Shown here: positions 25,801-37,100 of the stretch, piece after piece | How positions within the stretch are numbered: the first letter of the stretch is position 1 | Layout of the letters: each line of letters begins with the position of its first letter | NCBI GenBank assembly: GCA_964187785.1 | Contig: OZ076409.1 | Span: forward strand, 85,438,001-85,502,000 | Length of the DNA: 64,000 nucleotides | Origin: Amphiscolops sp. MND2022 | Taxonomy: Eukaryota | Direction: 5' to 3' | Made by a program: the position numbers and the translations under genes | The notes under the pieces: generated by a model | The model's database searches: none | Told to the model about the DNA's origin: nothing | Seen by the model: the letters and a program-made list of their open reading frames with translations, nothing else

Positions 25801-28673
25801 TGAACTTTTCTGAAGTTTCAAAATTATTCATTGAAGATGCATCAAACGACACAAACTTTTGTGCATAAGAATAAAGTTGGGGACAAGGCGAATATTTAAA
25901 TACTGCTAACCGGTTCATTAATATGTCTATACAAAGCTTGAATTTTTCTTCGTTCTGTTCCAATAGCGGAGGAAAACTGAGGTACTTTCGAGTTCGCAGG
26001 TTGCGTAGGCTGCAATAGAGCTGTCTTTGGCACATCCAGGTTCTGATTCTCGTCATCGAACGTAAAGCCGGGGCAGTCCGGACTTGCAAATGGGCCCATT
26101 TTTGGTACGGAAAGATAGTCTAGCAAAAAGTCTCCAGTTGCTCCACGATTAGAAAGGCTATCGTTTTCGTCGGAAACCCATAAAGTTCGTGCAGACGATG
26201 TTGAACTAGCTTTCTTAGAGGCACTGTTTTGACTCACACAGAAGTAAGGATATTCTGATTTGAACTTTTCAAATCCCCCTGTGAAAATTAGAAAATTGAT
26301 TTGAACGTTCGCAAAAAATACCGAAAATGTTTAAAGCAGACACCGGAGGCGCGATTGACAAAGGGAAAAGTTTCAAACATTTTGATTTTATACTAGTGCG
26401 CTAGTGTCCGATCTGCTACGGGTACTATTGGCAGTTATAGAATAATATATTGAGATTGACCCAGGGGTTCTATACATTCAACATGTTCATACAACGCAGC
26501 TGTGCATTTTGAGATTAGATTCGAGTTCTAGGGGTCCGAGTCCAAATTGTAGGAGCAATAACTTTCACAGGGAAATTTTTCTACAGCCAAATATAGGCAT
26601 CTGATCAAAGAGTTATCAGGTCCACAAGAAATGATTTTAATTGCAACTTTACGCTGCTAAAAATAGGTCTCAGTATTAAAGGAAAAATAATTTTCTTGAA
26701 AATCGTCAGACAATTATTTCAACTTTCGGAAGAATTTACGCAACGAAACTAAATAGATAAAGACAGCTGATTCAGTCTGAAAGCACATTGTTTCTTTGGT
26801 TATGCATTTGAAAAAAGTCGCATAAGCAAAAGATTTTGCTGAGTGTACTATAAAATACTTTTTTTGAAAGTCGAATGTAAATTGCAGAAGTTATACCGAT
26901 TTGAAGTTATGTCTATCTAGAAACAGATGGTGTATTTCAAAAACTTTGACATTTGACAATTATAAAAAAGTTCTAATCCAAATCTTTTCACACAGAGGCG
27001 AAGCCGTGCTTCGCAAACACTTGCGCAGAAGGTTGCGAACTTTTGAAGAAAACCAAATAAGGAAAATCATACGGAGAACCAAGTGTAAAATGACATTAAA
27101 ATTTCACCAATTTTACAGCGCCAAAAAATATCCGGAGATACGCATAAATCTCGAAAACCATTCTTCCCCAACTGGAAACAGCAAAAAAACCATCTTTCTC
27201 AACCGGAAACATTTAAAAAAAAAAACAGAAAAATAAGGAAAAAAATTCGAAATTTTTCGTAAATTTTTTTGAAGGTCTCCACATAGCGCCGAAAACCTTG
27301 AGCAGTCCTTTATGCTCGCAAAACGTTTCATGTTAAGTAAAAATTGAGAGGGGGGGCTTCGATGAAAACAAATTTAAAAAGTAGCATAGAAAAAACGCCG
27401 GTCTTTAAAAAAAAACAAAATTCGGATATAGCGTGCTGGGCCTCAGAAAAACTAATTTTAAGACAAAAATTATTCATTTTGAAATTTCTCACAATGCCGA
27501 AAACTGTAAAAGGGGGCCCTTTGAGATTTTTTAACAACCATTCGGTTGCAAAATTTTTTTTAAAAATGAAGGGGAACCCATTGGAGTCTTTGAAATTTTT
27601 TTTAAACAGAATTTTTAACAGTCTCATAGTACCGAAAAATCTGAAAGGGACCCTTTGGGATTTTTTAACATTCGTTCTGTTGCAAAATATCAAAACAAAT
27701 TGAAGGGAGGACCCTTTGAGGACATTTAAAAAATTTCGAAAAAAAAGTCTCACAAAGCCGAAAAAAGGGAGGAGTATCATATTGCCGAAAAAGTGAGAAC
27801 CTTCTGCTTCGGAATACTTAAAAAATTAGCGCATACTCACGGGTTCGAACACGAACCCGCTGGGTTGAAAAGCAAGCATCTTACCACTAGACCACGAACG
27901 CCTGAACTATGCGACTTGCGGGCTGAAACGAGAGTTGTCTCGCGGAAAAAAAGCAACCGCACTTTCCCATAACACTTGCTTATCGCAAGTGTAATCAGAA
28001 TTTATCGTGAATCGTTAACCTTCAATGGAATAAGGCGTGTCTATGTGTTCGAAATCCATTGGAAAACAGAAAATTCTGAACAATTACGTTTATGATTTTC
28101 CCTGAGAAATGGGTGAGCTCGTACGCGCTATTACGAGGTTCATAACAGTTAACTATAGCAGTGCTCTCTTCATTCAAGGCACAGGGTATTTTAAAAAGGT
28201 GAGATTCCAGCATAAAAGTTTGCTTACACTGATATGATTTATGATATCATTTTCATTGAAAGAATGAAATTTCAAAATCTGAACTTACCGGATAAAATGC
28301 ATATTTGAGTAGATAAACCGACACTTTCTTTAGCTGTTTGCAGAGCATGTAAAGCTTTCTTGACGGCAAGGCAACGAGAGCCATTAGCATTATAGAGAAT
28401 AACGTGAGTTAGCTCATTACTCAAGAAACTGTTCAACTTTCCTTCAGTTAAGATGTGTTTCAGGAGTGTCGTCGAGCTATATCGCCTCAAAGTGATTGCA
28501 GTGCACAAGAAATGATTAGAGGTCTGGATATGAGAGGTATTGTGCGACACCGCCGGAGAGCAGTCTATGATTTTAATTTTTTGCATTATATCTGGAGTGT
28601 GTAGTAAATCGGCGAGCACTTTACTTGATAAAGCTGACATGTTGGCACCTAAATTTTGTGCCTCGCCCAGCAT
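22479..28673 (-). CDS. Dual-specificity MAP kinase phosphatase (MKP, DUSP1/2/4/5-like), 4 coding exons, ~495 aa
   Basis: complement(join(28673..28289, 26278..25911, 25273..24907, 22846..22479)) with GT-AG introns and consistent phases 1,0,1. Splicing rebuilds ILSG|GFEKFKSEYPYFC (rhodanese CH2B) and HCQEG|ISRS (active site). Also GIYLGS, AYLM and RPLINPNLNFMCQL. Confidence 0.9.
24907..25273 (-). CDS. MKP coding exon 3 (DSP catalytic domain, N-terminal part)
   Basis: Acceptor attcag, PTRVVSGIYLGS...IEIED...KVLIHCQE, donor G|GTTAGT. Confidence 0.9.
25514..25580 (+). pseudogene. tRNA-like/SINE head in MKP intron 2
   Basis: TGGCACAGTGGTT A-box and GGTTCGAATC B-box. Confidence 0.45.
25911..26278 (-). 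CDS. MKP coding exon 2 (end of rhodanese domain and linker)
   Basis: Acceptor ttttcacag, then GGFEKFKSEYPYFC. Donor CCG|GTTAGC preferred; a weaker phase-0 donor exists at 25986. Confidence 0.7.
26989..27995 (+). mobile_element. ~1-kb dispersed non-autonomous element, copy 2 (in MKP intron 1)
   Basis: Colinear with 17475-18480, with the same ends. Confidence 0.65.
28289..28673 (-). CDS. MKP coding exon 1 (rhodanese/Cdc25-homology domain)
   Basis: Acceptor ttttcag before ATCATG, IIDCS, KIM-like TLRR, donor G|GTAAGT. Confidence 0.85.
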
Positions 28674-29412
28674 GATCTGAAAAACAATGAAAAATGAAAT
28701 ACGATACACTTCACGGTGCTGACAAATAAGATTGGACTAGAACATGATTGGAAAATATTTGGATGTAAAACCACCAATGGCTTTGAGCGAAATTGAATTT
28801 CAAGACATAAATATTACACGAGGTTTGAGCTTAAACATGATTGATTAAATTGGAGACAATAAATTCAGTTTTCATCATTCAAAGTAACTCATATAAACAT
28901 ATGCAAGGAAGTGGCAGCAAAAAATGGTTTAAATGCCGTAACAATGTTCGAAATTCGACAGAAAAATTAGCACTGACCAGACATTGAGGGTAAAGAAAGA
29001 TTGAGAGAAAAACCAGTATTACTTATCTGAAAAAAATCCTCGACTTAACTTCGCCGTGCAAAGTTAGTAAATTCAATTCTGGCAACAAAGAAGGCATGTA
29101 AATGCATACTGTTAACTATTGAAAAAGTTACGGAAGTATTTGGATAAGTAGAATGTTTCATCTCAGTTAAACGATTAAACATCGAGGAGGCGTCATAGTC
29201 GGTTCATGAAGCAGTCTCTAAAGTTGAGTTGAAACAAAGCAAGTGCTCGATGAAAATATTGCTATCATTATATCCACAAAAGACATGATTCCAGCGATTC
29301 TGAAGCTCTAAAATCGTCTATTACACGTATTTTGGGAACATTTCAACGAAATGATCAGCGATACATGGATAATGAACGCTTTCCTAAATATTGGGAGCAG
29401 TCTCGAAAAGGG

Positions 29413-29486
29413 AGCATGGTGTAATGGTTAGAGCATTTGGCCTGTACTGGGATATCAAGTTCGAATCTCTCACCTCACCATTGTTA
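29413..29486 (+). mobile_element. tRNA-derived SINE-like head, second copy
   Basis: AGCATGGTGTAATGGTTAGAGCA...GTTCGAATCTCTC..CTCACCATTGTT, matching the copy at 16828. Confidence 0.55.
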
Positions 29487-29584
29487 CAAGGGATTATAGC
29501 AGGATGGACACATTTTCTTCACAGAAAAGGAACCACTAAAGGACCTTAAACTTAAAATCGAGGTGAAAAAGGAACATTTTAAGG

Positions 29585-29901
29585 TAGAGGTGCACCGGAG
29601 AGGAAAATTTCCGTCCGACCGGACAGGACTGATGAGGATTACGAAAAACGAAGCAGGCTTTTACCACAGGCCGGTGAAAAACTGCTTTCCCTCCGCCATA
29701 ATTTAATGAATTTTGATTCACAGTCACAAATTCAATTTTTCCATACACATACACATTTTCTAAGTTAGATATTCCGATTATTTAAGATTATTCTCAAGAT
29801 AATTTCCGGCCGGACATTGTAAAAAGTCCGGCCGGATACCATACAGGACATTTTCCTGAAATCCGTCCGATACCGGACCGGACTTGTCCAGTACACCTCT
29901 A
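29585..29901. mobile_element. hAT-like MITE
   Basis: TIRs TAGAGGTGCAC...GTACACCTCTA, 8-bp TSD TTTTAAGG/TTTCAAGG, subterminal CCGGAC motifs. Confidence 0.8.
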
Positions 29902-30631
29902 TTTCAAGGACATACTGATGTGATGGTCGACTGCAACAATATGAAAAACAGTAACTGAGGTCAAAATTGAAATCTCAGAATTCAAAAATACAAAAACTGC
30001 AAGATCGTCACGTGTGTCATTATGTTGGGGGGAGAAGACACACACCCGTGGTTTGCAACGAAAGAAGGAAACCCCATACCAGCCACTATCCCAGTAGACC
30101 AGTAACAACAGAAAACCACCATACACATTTAACAAACAAACAACCAACATCACATTTAACTCGTCCAAGATTTGCAAAACTATGTTCACTTAGCTACTGA
30201 AAATGTGAGATTATTAACCCCGTGAAGACAAAAAATCGGAATGTTTAACACACTCCAAGACTGTTATCACCTAGAAAGTGGCGAACGAAAAATTGGATGT
30301 TTAAGAAACAGTTTTTTTCGGATCTTGTTTGCTAATGCCCCCCGAGCCGGTTACAAGTCACTTGGTTTAAATTCATTTTTTCTTGGAATCATTTGGCTTA
30401 AAATTTTTGGTAGTAGTTCCATTTTTAGGGGCATTAAAAAGTATGGAATCAGAATTTGAACGATTGAAAATTAGATGAATAATCATGAGAAAATCTCGGC
30501 ATGCATTGCAGAAACACTTGAAAAAGTAGCTGCAAAAAGAAGGCCCAAAGATTCTTCTTGAACTACTCCAAGTTCCAGGTGAAATCTACGGCGTCAAGTT
30601 GCGAGCCGGTTACAAGTCACTTGGTTTACCT

Positions 30632-30942
30632 GGGTGGCTGTAAATAGGTCGAATTTTTCTGGTCGAAAGGACAGAGGTCGAACCTTTTGATCGAATTGCA
30701 GGGATCGAATGGAATGCGGTCGAATTTTATCGTATTTGTTGTATGGCTCGGTCGCTTCACTTCCTTCGCCAAGTAGCAACATTGAGGCATTTCCATATGG
30801 CACGTCGCTTCGCTCCTGCATTCAGGGCACTAGGGGTATGTGAACATATCTGACCATTCTTTCCTTTCGATCCCTGCATTTCGATCAAAAGGTTCGACCT
30901 CTGTCCTTTCGACCAGAAAAATTCGACCTATTTACAGCCACC
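30632..30942. mobile_element. GGGTGG-terminal MITE (foldback variant)
   Basis: Long inverted arms GGGTGGCTGTAAATAGGTCG...CGACCTATTTACAGCCACCC. Confidence 0.75.
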
Positions 30943-31793
30943 CCTGCCACTACGATCGCTTTGCGATCTCCGTTCCCGCTAGGTCTTTGCTCCAATTCGA
31001 CCACGCTTAGCAAGATGAGGCACTAGGAGAAATGGGGGCATATCCGACGTCCAAAAACATTGTTATTTGAAAACGCTAGGTGTTCGGCAAATTGTCCCTA
31101 CAAATTTCAGCAAGATCAAAAGGACAATTTGCAGAAAAACATTCGGCAAATTGTTCTTAACGTTCGGCAAACAGTTACCAGTCACTTGGCTTAATACCAT
31201 CTGGATTAACTTTTTCGTCGAGTCTACAAAATTTGACTCCTCAAGTGACTACAAAATTAGGCCAACTCCGTTCCAACTCAAGGAATAAATATGTCAACTC
31301 AAGGAATAAATAAACTCAAGGAATAAATAAATATGTCAAGGAATAAATATGTCAATAAATATGTCAACGGAAATATCATAATGTGGGGCATATGCGGTGT
31401 ATGCACGCTCGCCCTCACCGTCGCAAAGACCAGCTCCCACTACGATCGCTTCGCGATCTTCGTTCCCGCTAGGTCTTTGCTCCTGTTCGACCTCGCTTAG
31501 CAAGATGGGAATATAAGCGGCCCCAAGGGGCCGCAGGGCACTAGAGGAAATGGGGACATATCCGAGGGGTACTTGATATGACATGTTATAATAATACGCT
31601 GACTACGTTATAAAGATAAATTTGTGTTTTCAACTAAGTGGTTTTAGGTCAAATGACTTTAAGCCAAGTGACCAATACCCGAGACACTTGGCTTAAAAAA
31701 CTAAGCCAAGTGACCAATTGTATTAGGCCAAATGACTTGAATCCAAATGGCATTAAGCCAAGTGACCAATTACCCTTCCGCCCACCCGGTTTA

Positions 31794-32086
31794 CACTCGC
31801 CGGCAAAAGAAATGTCCCTGTAGGTTTAGCAACAGTTTCAGTTATTTTTTGAATATAACAGGAACTAAAATTTAAAATCCGGATATGAACAACTTTCACA
31901 AACAATTTTTTCACAGAAAAAATTATTTCATGCAAAAATATGCCTCGTTTAACTATTTCCGAACGTAACCAAACTATTGGAATGTTGAATTCTAACGTTA
32001 ATTTTTCCATTATTTCTTCTATTTTCAATTGTTCTGTTAAAACAATTCGCCGTATCAAGTCGAAATACGATCAACATGAATCTGTT
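31794..32086 (+). mobile_element. Duplicated 5' part of the Tc1 element (TIR plus first 49 codons), lacking the BEL insertion
   Basis: TA|CACTCGCCGGCAAAAG TIR and MPRLTISER... HTH at 31940, with a single AACAG at 31831-31835. Confidence 0.85.
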
Positions 32087-33302
32087 GGGTGGGCGGAAAT
32101 AGGTCGAAGGAACGGGATCGAAAATCAGAAATAGTCCAAAAGGGTGGCTGAAAATATCTGGATTTTCTGGTCGAAATTTTTCTGGTCGAAAGGACAGAGG
32201 TCGAACCTTTTGATCGAATTGCAGGGATCGAATGGAATGCGGTCGAATTTTATCGTCTTTGTTGTATGGCTCGGTCGCTTCGCTCCCTTCGCCAAGTAGC
32301 AACATTGAGGCATGGCCATATGGCACGTCGCTCCGCTTCGCTTCGCTCCTGCATTCAGGGCACTAGGGGTATGTGAACATATCTGACCATTCTTTCCTTT
32401 CGATCCCTGCATTTCGATCAAAAGGTTCGACCTCTGTCCTTTCGACCAGAAAAATTCGACCTATTTACAGCCACCCCTGCCACTACGATCGCTTTGCGAT
32501 CTCCGTTCCCGCTAGGTCTTTGCTCCAATTCGACCACGCTTAGCAAGATGAGGCACTAGGAGAAATGGGGGCATATCCGACGTCCAAAAACATTGTTATT
32601 TGAAAACGCTAGGTGTTCGGCAAATTGTCCCTACAAATTTCAGCAAGATCAAAAGGACAATTTGCAGAAAAAAATTCGGCAAATTGTTCTTACCGTTCGG
32701 CAAACAGTTACCAGTCACTTGGCCTAATACCATCTGGCTTAATTTTTTCGTCGAGTCTACAAAATTTGACTCCTCAAGTGACTACAAAATTAGGCCAACT
32801 CCGTTCCAACTCAAGGAATAAATATGTCAACTCCCGGAAATATCATAATGTGGGGCATATGCGGTGTATGCACGCTCGCCCTCACCGTCGCAAAGACCAG
32901 CTCCCACTACGGTCGCTTCGCGATCTCCGTTCCCGCTAGGTCTTTGCTCCTGTCCGACCTCGCTTAGCAATATGGAAAAATAAGCGGCCCCAAGGGGCCG
33001 CAGGGCACTAGAGGAAATGGGGACATATACGAGGGGTACTTGATATGACATGTTATAATAATACGCTGACTACGTTATAAAGATAAATTTGTGTTTTCAA
33101 CTAAGTGGTTTTAGGTCAAATGACTTTAAGCCAAGTGACCAATACCCGAGACACTTAGCTTAAAAAACTAAGCCAAGTGACCAATTGTATTAGGCCAAAT
33201 GACTTGAATCCAAATGGCATTAAGCCAAGTGACCAATTACCCTTCCGCCCACCCGGTTTACACTCGCCGGCAAAAGAAATGTCCCTGTAGGTTTAGCAAC
33301 AG

Positions 33303-34198
33303 TGTAACGGCTGCTTGATCCCTTCAATTGACCAAACTTTACGCCGCCCTGAATTCGGTGCTCGGCACTGCGGATCGTTACCGAACACTGCTTGCTTCTT
33401 AGGTTAAAAAGGACTGTATCTTGACTTAATAGGATCCAATGATCCCGAATTGCACTTCTTCCTTGTCTCTTAACGCGTCCAACTCTCCACAGGTTGAGAG
33501 TAACTAACTTAGTCGCCCTTAGTCTTTGGCGAAAAGTCGAAAAGAGGTGAAGAAATGAATTGAGAATTGAAATGGTCCTAAGACCCAACTTGACTACAGC
33601 TATTCAGTCGTTAAAATCTCTCTCTAATAATGGTATACATGTGGTTTACAATTCTACAGTAAATATAGCACAAATATCAGATGAAATAAGTGGTATAAAT
33701 AAATGACATTTAAAGCATAAAATGAAGTTATTGGCTAAGTAAACAAACAATGTGGTGGTTTTGGCATGTTGGTCAGGTGGGTTAGAAAGTATGTTTACAC
33801 AATGTAAATATCATTAATTTCAACAGAGTTACATTTCCTTCAAGGTCACATGAGAAAATCATATAATAATTAATACATCAAAAATTGGGTAATTCATGGG
33901 GTCCGACCTAGGTCACTTTGGGTGTTAATTGCTCGGAACCCAGGGGAGATACGGGGTAGGTTGTTAAGAGTGAAAAGTTAGTGAATCACCACCACTATAT
34001 GTGTGCCAAGTTTCAAGGTGATTGAATGAGTGGTTTACCGGGACGGGGGGTGGCCCTTTTTTACATAGGGTCATTTTTGCTTAGACTTGTATTTTTCCAT
34101 CTAAAATCTTGATAAATTTTCTAAGTGTTTGGAGTTATAAGTTTCATCAGTCACGTTCGAATTTGAGTTTCTGCTCTTGCAATCGACTGGCGCCAACA
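33303..34198 (-). repeat. 3' LTR (896 bp)
   Basis: Matches 41118-42017 apart from about 2 substitutions and a G6/G10 run. Confidence 0.97.
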
Positions 34199-37100
34199 TC
34201 GCCGGCCCTGTTTTTCTCCCGAAAAACACTTTCGTAGAAGAGAGGTGCCAGTTTCACTACTGGTCTTTTGAGTTTACCGTCTTTTGTCAGAACTGTCGCA
34301 GATCTGACTCTGCCATCGCTTCCTTCTTGCACTTCCAATACTCTCGCCATCTTGTAGTTGGACCTTTTCACGTTTTCATCCACGACCCAAACCAAATCAT
34401 TCACTTTCAGTTGTCTCACATCATCTTTGTTCCACTTATTACGCACATTCCATTCCGGCAGATATTCTTTAGTCCATGTGGTCCAGATCATATCTGAATA
34501 AGCTTGAGACACTCGAAATACTCGTCTCAAATCCGTGTAACGTTGAGCGTCTGGTAGGAATGGTGTGGCTGAATTAGCTCTTCCCATTAAGAAATGATTT
34601 GGTGTCAAAGCTTCCAAGTCATCTGGATCATCACTAACACTTGTCAGTGGTCTAGCGTTCAACGTCTGCTCTACTAGGCACATGGTTGTTATGAGAACGT
34701 CGTCAGTCAAAGATCGTCCATCCAATACAGCTATCATCGCCTTTTTACAACTTCGGACCAATCGTTCCCAGATTCCTCCAAAGTGAGGAGCTCCAGGAGG
34801 GTTGAATTTCCACTTGATGTCCTTTTGAGCTAAAGACGTCTCAATGTCTGACTGATTCCATGCATTTATACAATCTCTCATTTCTTTGGCTGCACCCACG
34901 AAGTTCGTCCCATTATCGCTCAAAATTGTAGCAGGTTTGCCTCTCCGGGCAATAAACCGTGTGATAGCAGTTAAACAGGTGTCTGCTTCCAAAGACGGAA
35001 CAACTTCAATGTGAACAGCCCTAGTTGTCAAACATGTGAAGAGACAGCACCATCTCTTCATTGTCTTGCGCATGAATTTCACTTCAAAGGGACCAAAATA
35101 ATCAACTCCAGTGTTGGTAAAGGGGAACACTCGTTCCTGCAATCTTTCTCTTGGCAAATCAGCCATAAATGGTTGAGACACTGCCGCTTGTTGCTTTCTA
35201 CACTTAACACATTTCGCTTTGACGCTCCTCAGAGCGTTTCGCAATCCAATAATCCAGTATTCTTGTCTTAGAACACTTCTGACGTATTCTGTGCCTTCAT
35301 GAAAATTCGCTTGATGTGCATCTTCAATCAACTTGATGACAACATAATGCTTTGCTGACAACAAGATTGGGTGTTTGATTTCATAACTTGACTTGGAATG
35401 CTGCAGTCGACCTTGTAGTCGTAGCAACTCATTTTCGTCCAGAAACGGTGATAGTTTATTCAATTGATCTGAAGCCGACAACGGCTGCCCTTTGTAGATC
35501 TTCTCGTAGGCATCATGAAAACTTTCCTTCTGACAACGCTTCAAAACTGCCAGTTTTGCCGCATTGAGTTCTTCAACAGTCAGAATTCCTTCGGATTTCT
35601 TTTTCCTCCATTTAAGGCAATATGACAGCACTCGAATCATTTTCTTGAAAGAACTAAATCTTTCCCATTCGAATGCTGGTTCCATTACAGCAGCTTCCAT
35701 GACTGGTTCAGGCTCTTCTCGAATGCTAAATTGCAACTTTTCAGGCGCCTTAGGCCAGGCGTCTTCTGTCTCGGTGAGCCACACCGGCCCTGTGAGCCAC
35801 TCACTTTCCTTTAGGGCTTCAACTGTCATTCCTCGAGTTCCAATGTCAGCAGGATTCAGTTTTCCTTCAACATGTCGCCATTGATCGATAGTTGAATTTT
35901 CGAGAATTTCAGCAACGCGGTTCGCCACAAAGACAGGTTGTTTGTTGTTGCTCGCGTGAAGCCATTGTAGGACCGTTGTTGAATCTGTCCAATGTACAAT
36001 TCGGTCCACTTCAATATCATGTTCCTCCAAAATGAGTTCTCGGAGTCTTACTCCAAAAACTGCTGCCTGCATCTCCAACTTAGCCACTGTCATGTTTCGT
36101 ATTGGAGCTACTCTACATTTTCCAATAACAAAGGTCACTTCGCCATTATCTTGGTTTCTCAAATAAGCAACCATGCACATTGCTTCCAACGAAGCGTCTG
36201 AGAAGATATGTAGATCAACTTTGTTCACTCCAGACTTGAAGTATGTTCTTTTAAGAACCATTCGATTCACATGAATCATCTCTGATACCCATTTCTTAAA
36301 ATCATGTTGATCTTCTTCATTCAGTTCTTTATCCCACGACTGGCCGTTCTCCTTCCATATTGATTTCAATAGCAATCGCATTCTGATTGTAAAAGGAGAC
36401 ACCATTCCCAGAGGGTCGAATACTGCTGAAACATGAGATAACACCGCTCTCTGCGTTATCTTCTCCGGTATTTCCTTCTGCATTCCTCTACAAACTTCCA
36501 GGTTGTCTGCGTCAACGTTCCATTGCAGTCCCAAGATAGATGGAGAAGTCGGCTCAGCTTCGAAGGTTTTACTAGAGGACGGTGACTTGTCTGCTTCGTC
36601 GATAGACGTCAAAGTCTGTTCGCAGTTGCTAATCCATTTTGTCAACTGAAAGCCTCCCCTCGCCAACATCGCTCTCAACAATTGGTATATTTCAATGGCC
36701 TGCTCTGCGCTGGAAACAGACTTGACAAAGTCATCCATATAGAAGTTCCGCTTTATCAGTTTGGTAATTTGTGGGGACTTCTGTGCATTATCTCTTGCAA
36801 CTTGTTGCAGTGCATAATTGGCGCAAGTTGGCGAACTTTTGGCTCCGAAGATATGTCTTCCATACTCATACACTTTAACGGGTTCATTGTGATTGTCTCT
36901 CCATAGAAACCTCAACACTTTACAATCTTCCGGTGGTACTTTCACTTGTAGGAACATCGCTTCAATGTCAGCAGTGATGGCGACCTTTTGTTCTCTGAAC
37001 CTGAAGATTATTCCAATAAGATTCTGCAGTAAGTCCGGCCCTGTCAAGAGGTTGTCGTTCAGTGAAATTCCTCTAAATTTTGAGGCAGCGTTGCAGACTC

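Noticed and set aside
22479..28673. Near-equal MKP exon lengths (385/368/367/368)
   Set aside because: There is no sequence similarity between the exons and one boundary is uncertain, so this is treated as coincidence.
16828..29486. tRNA-like sequences as functional tRNA genes
   Set aside because: No complete cloverleaf could be drawn, and most occur as parts of repeats.
31640..31780. Regularly spaced TAAGCCAAGTGACC motifs resembling a CRISPR array
   Set aside because: The motifs are short, of mixed orientation and lie in MITE arms. The context is eukaryotic with no cas genes.
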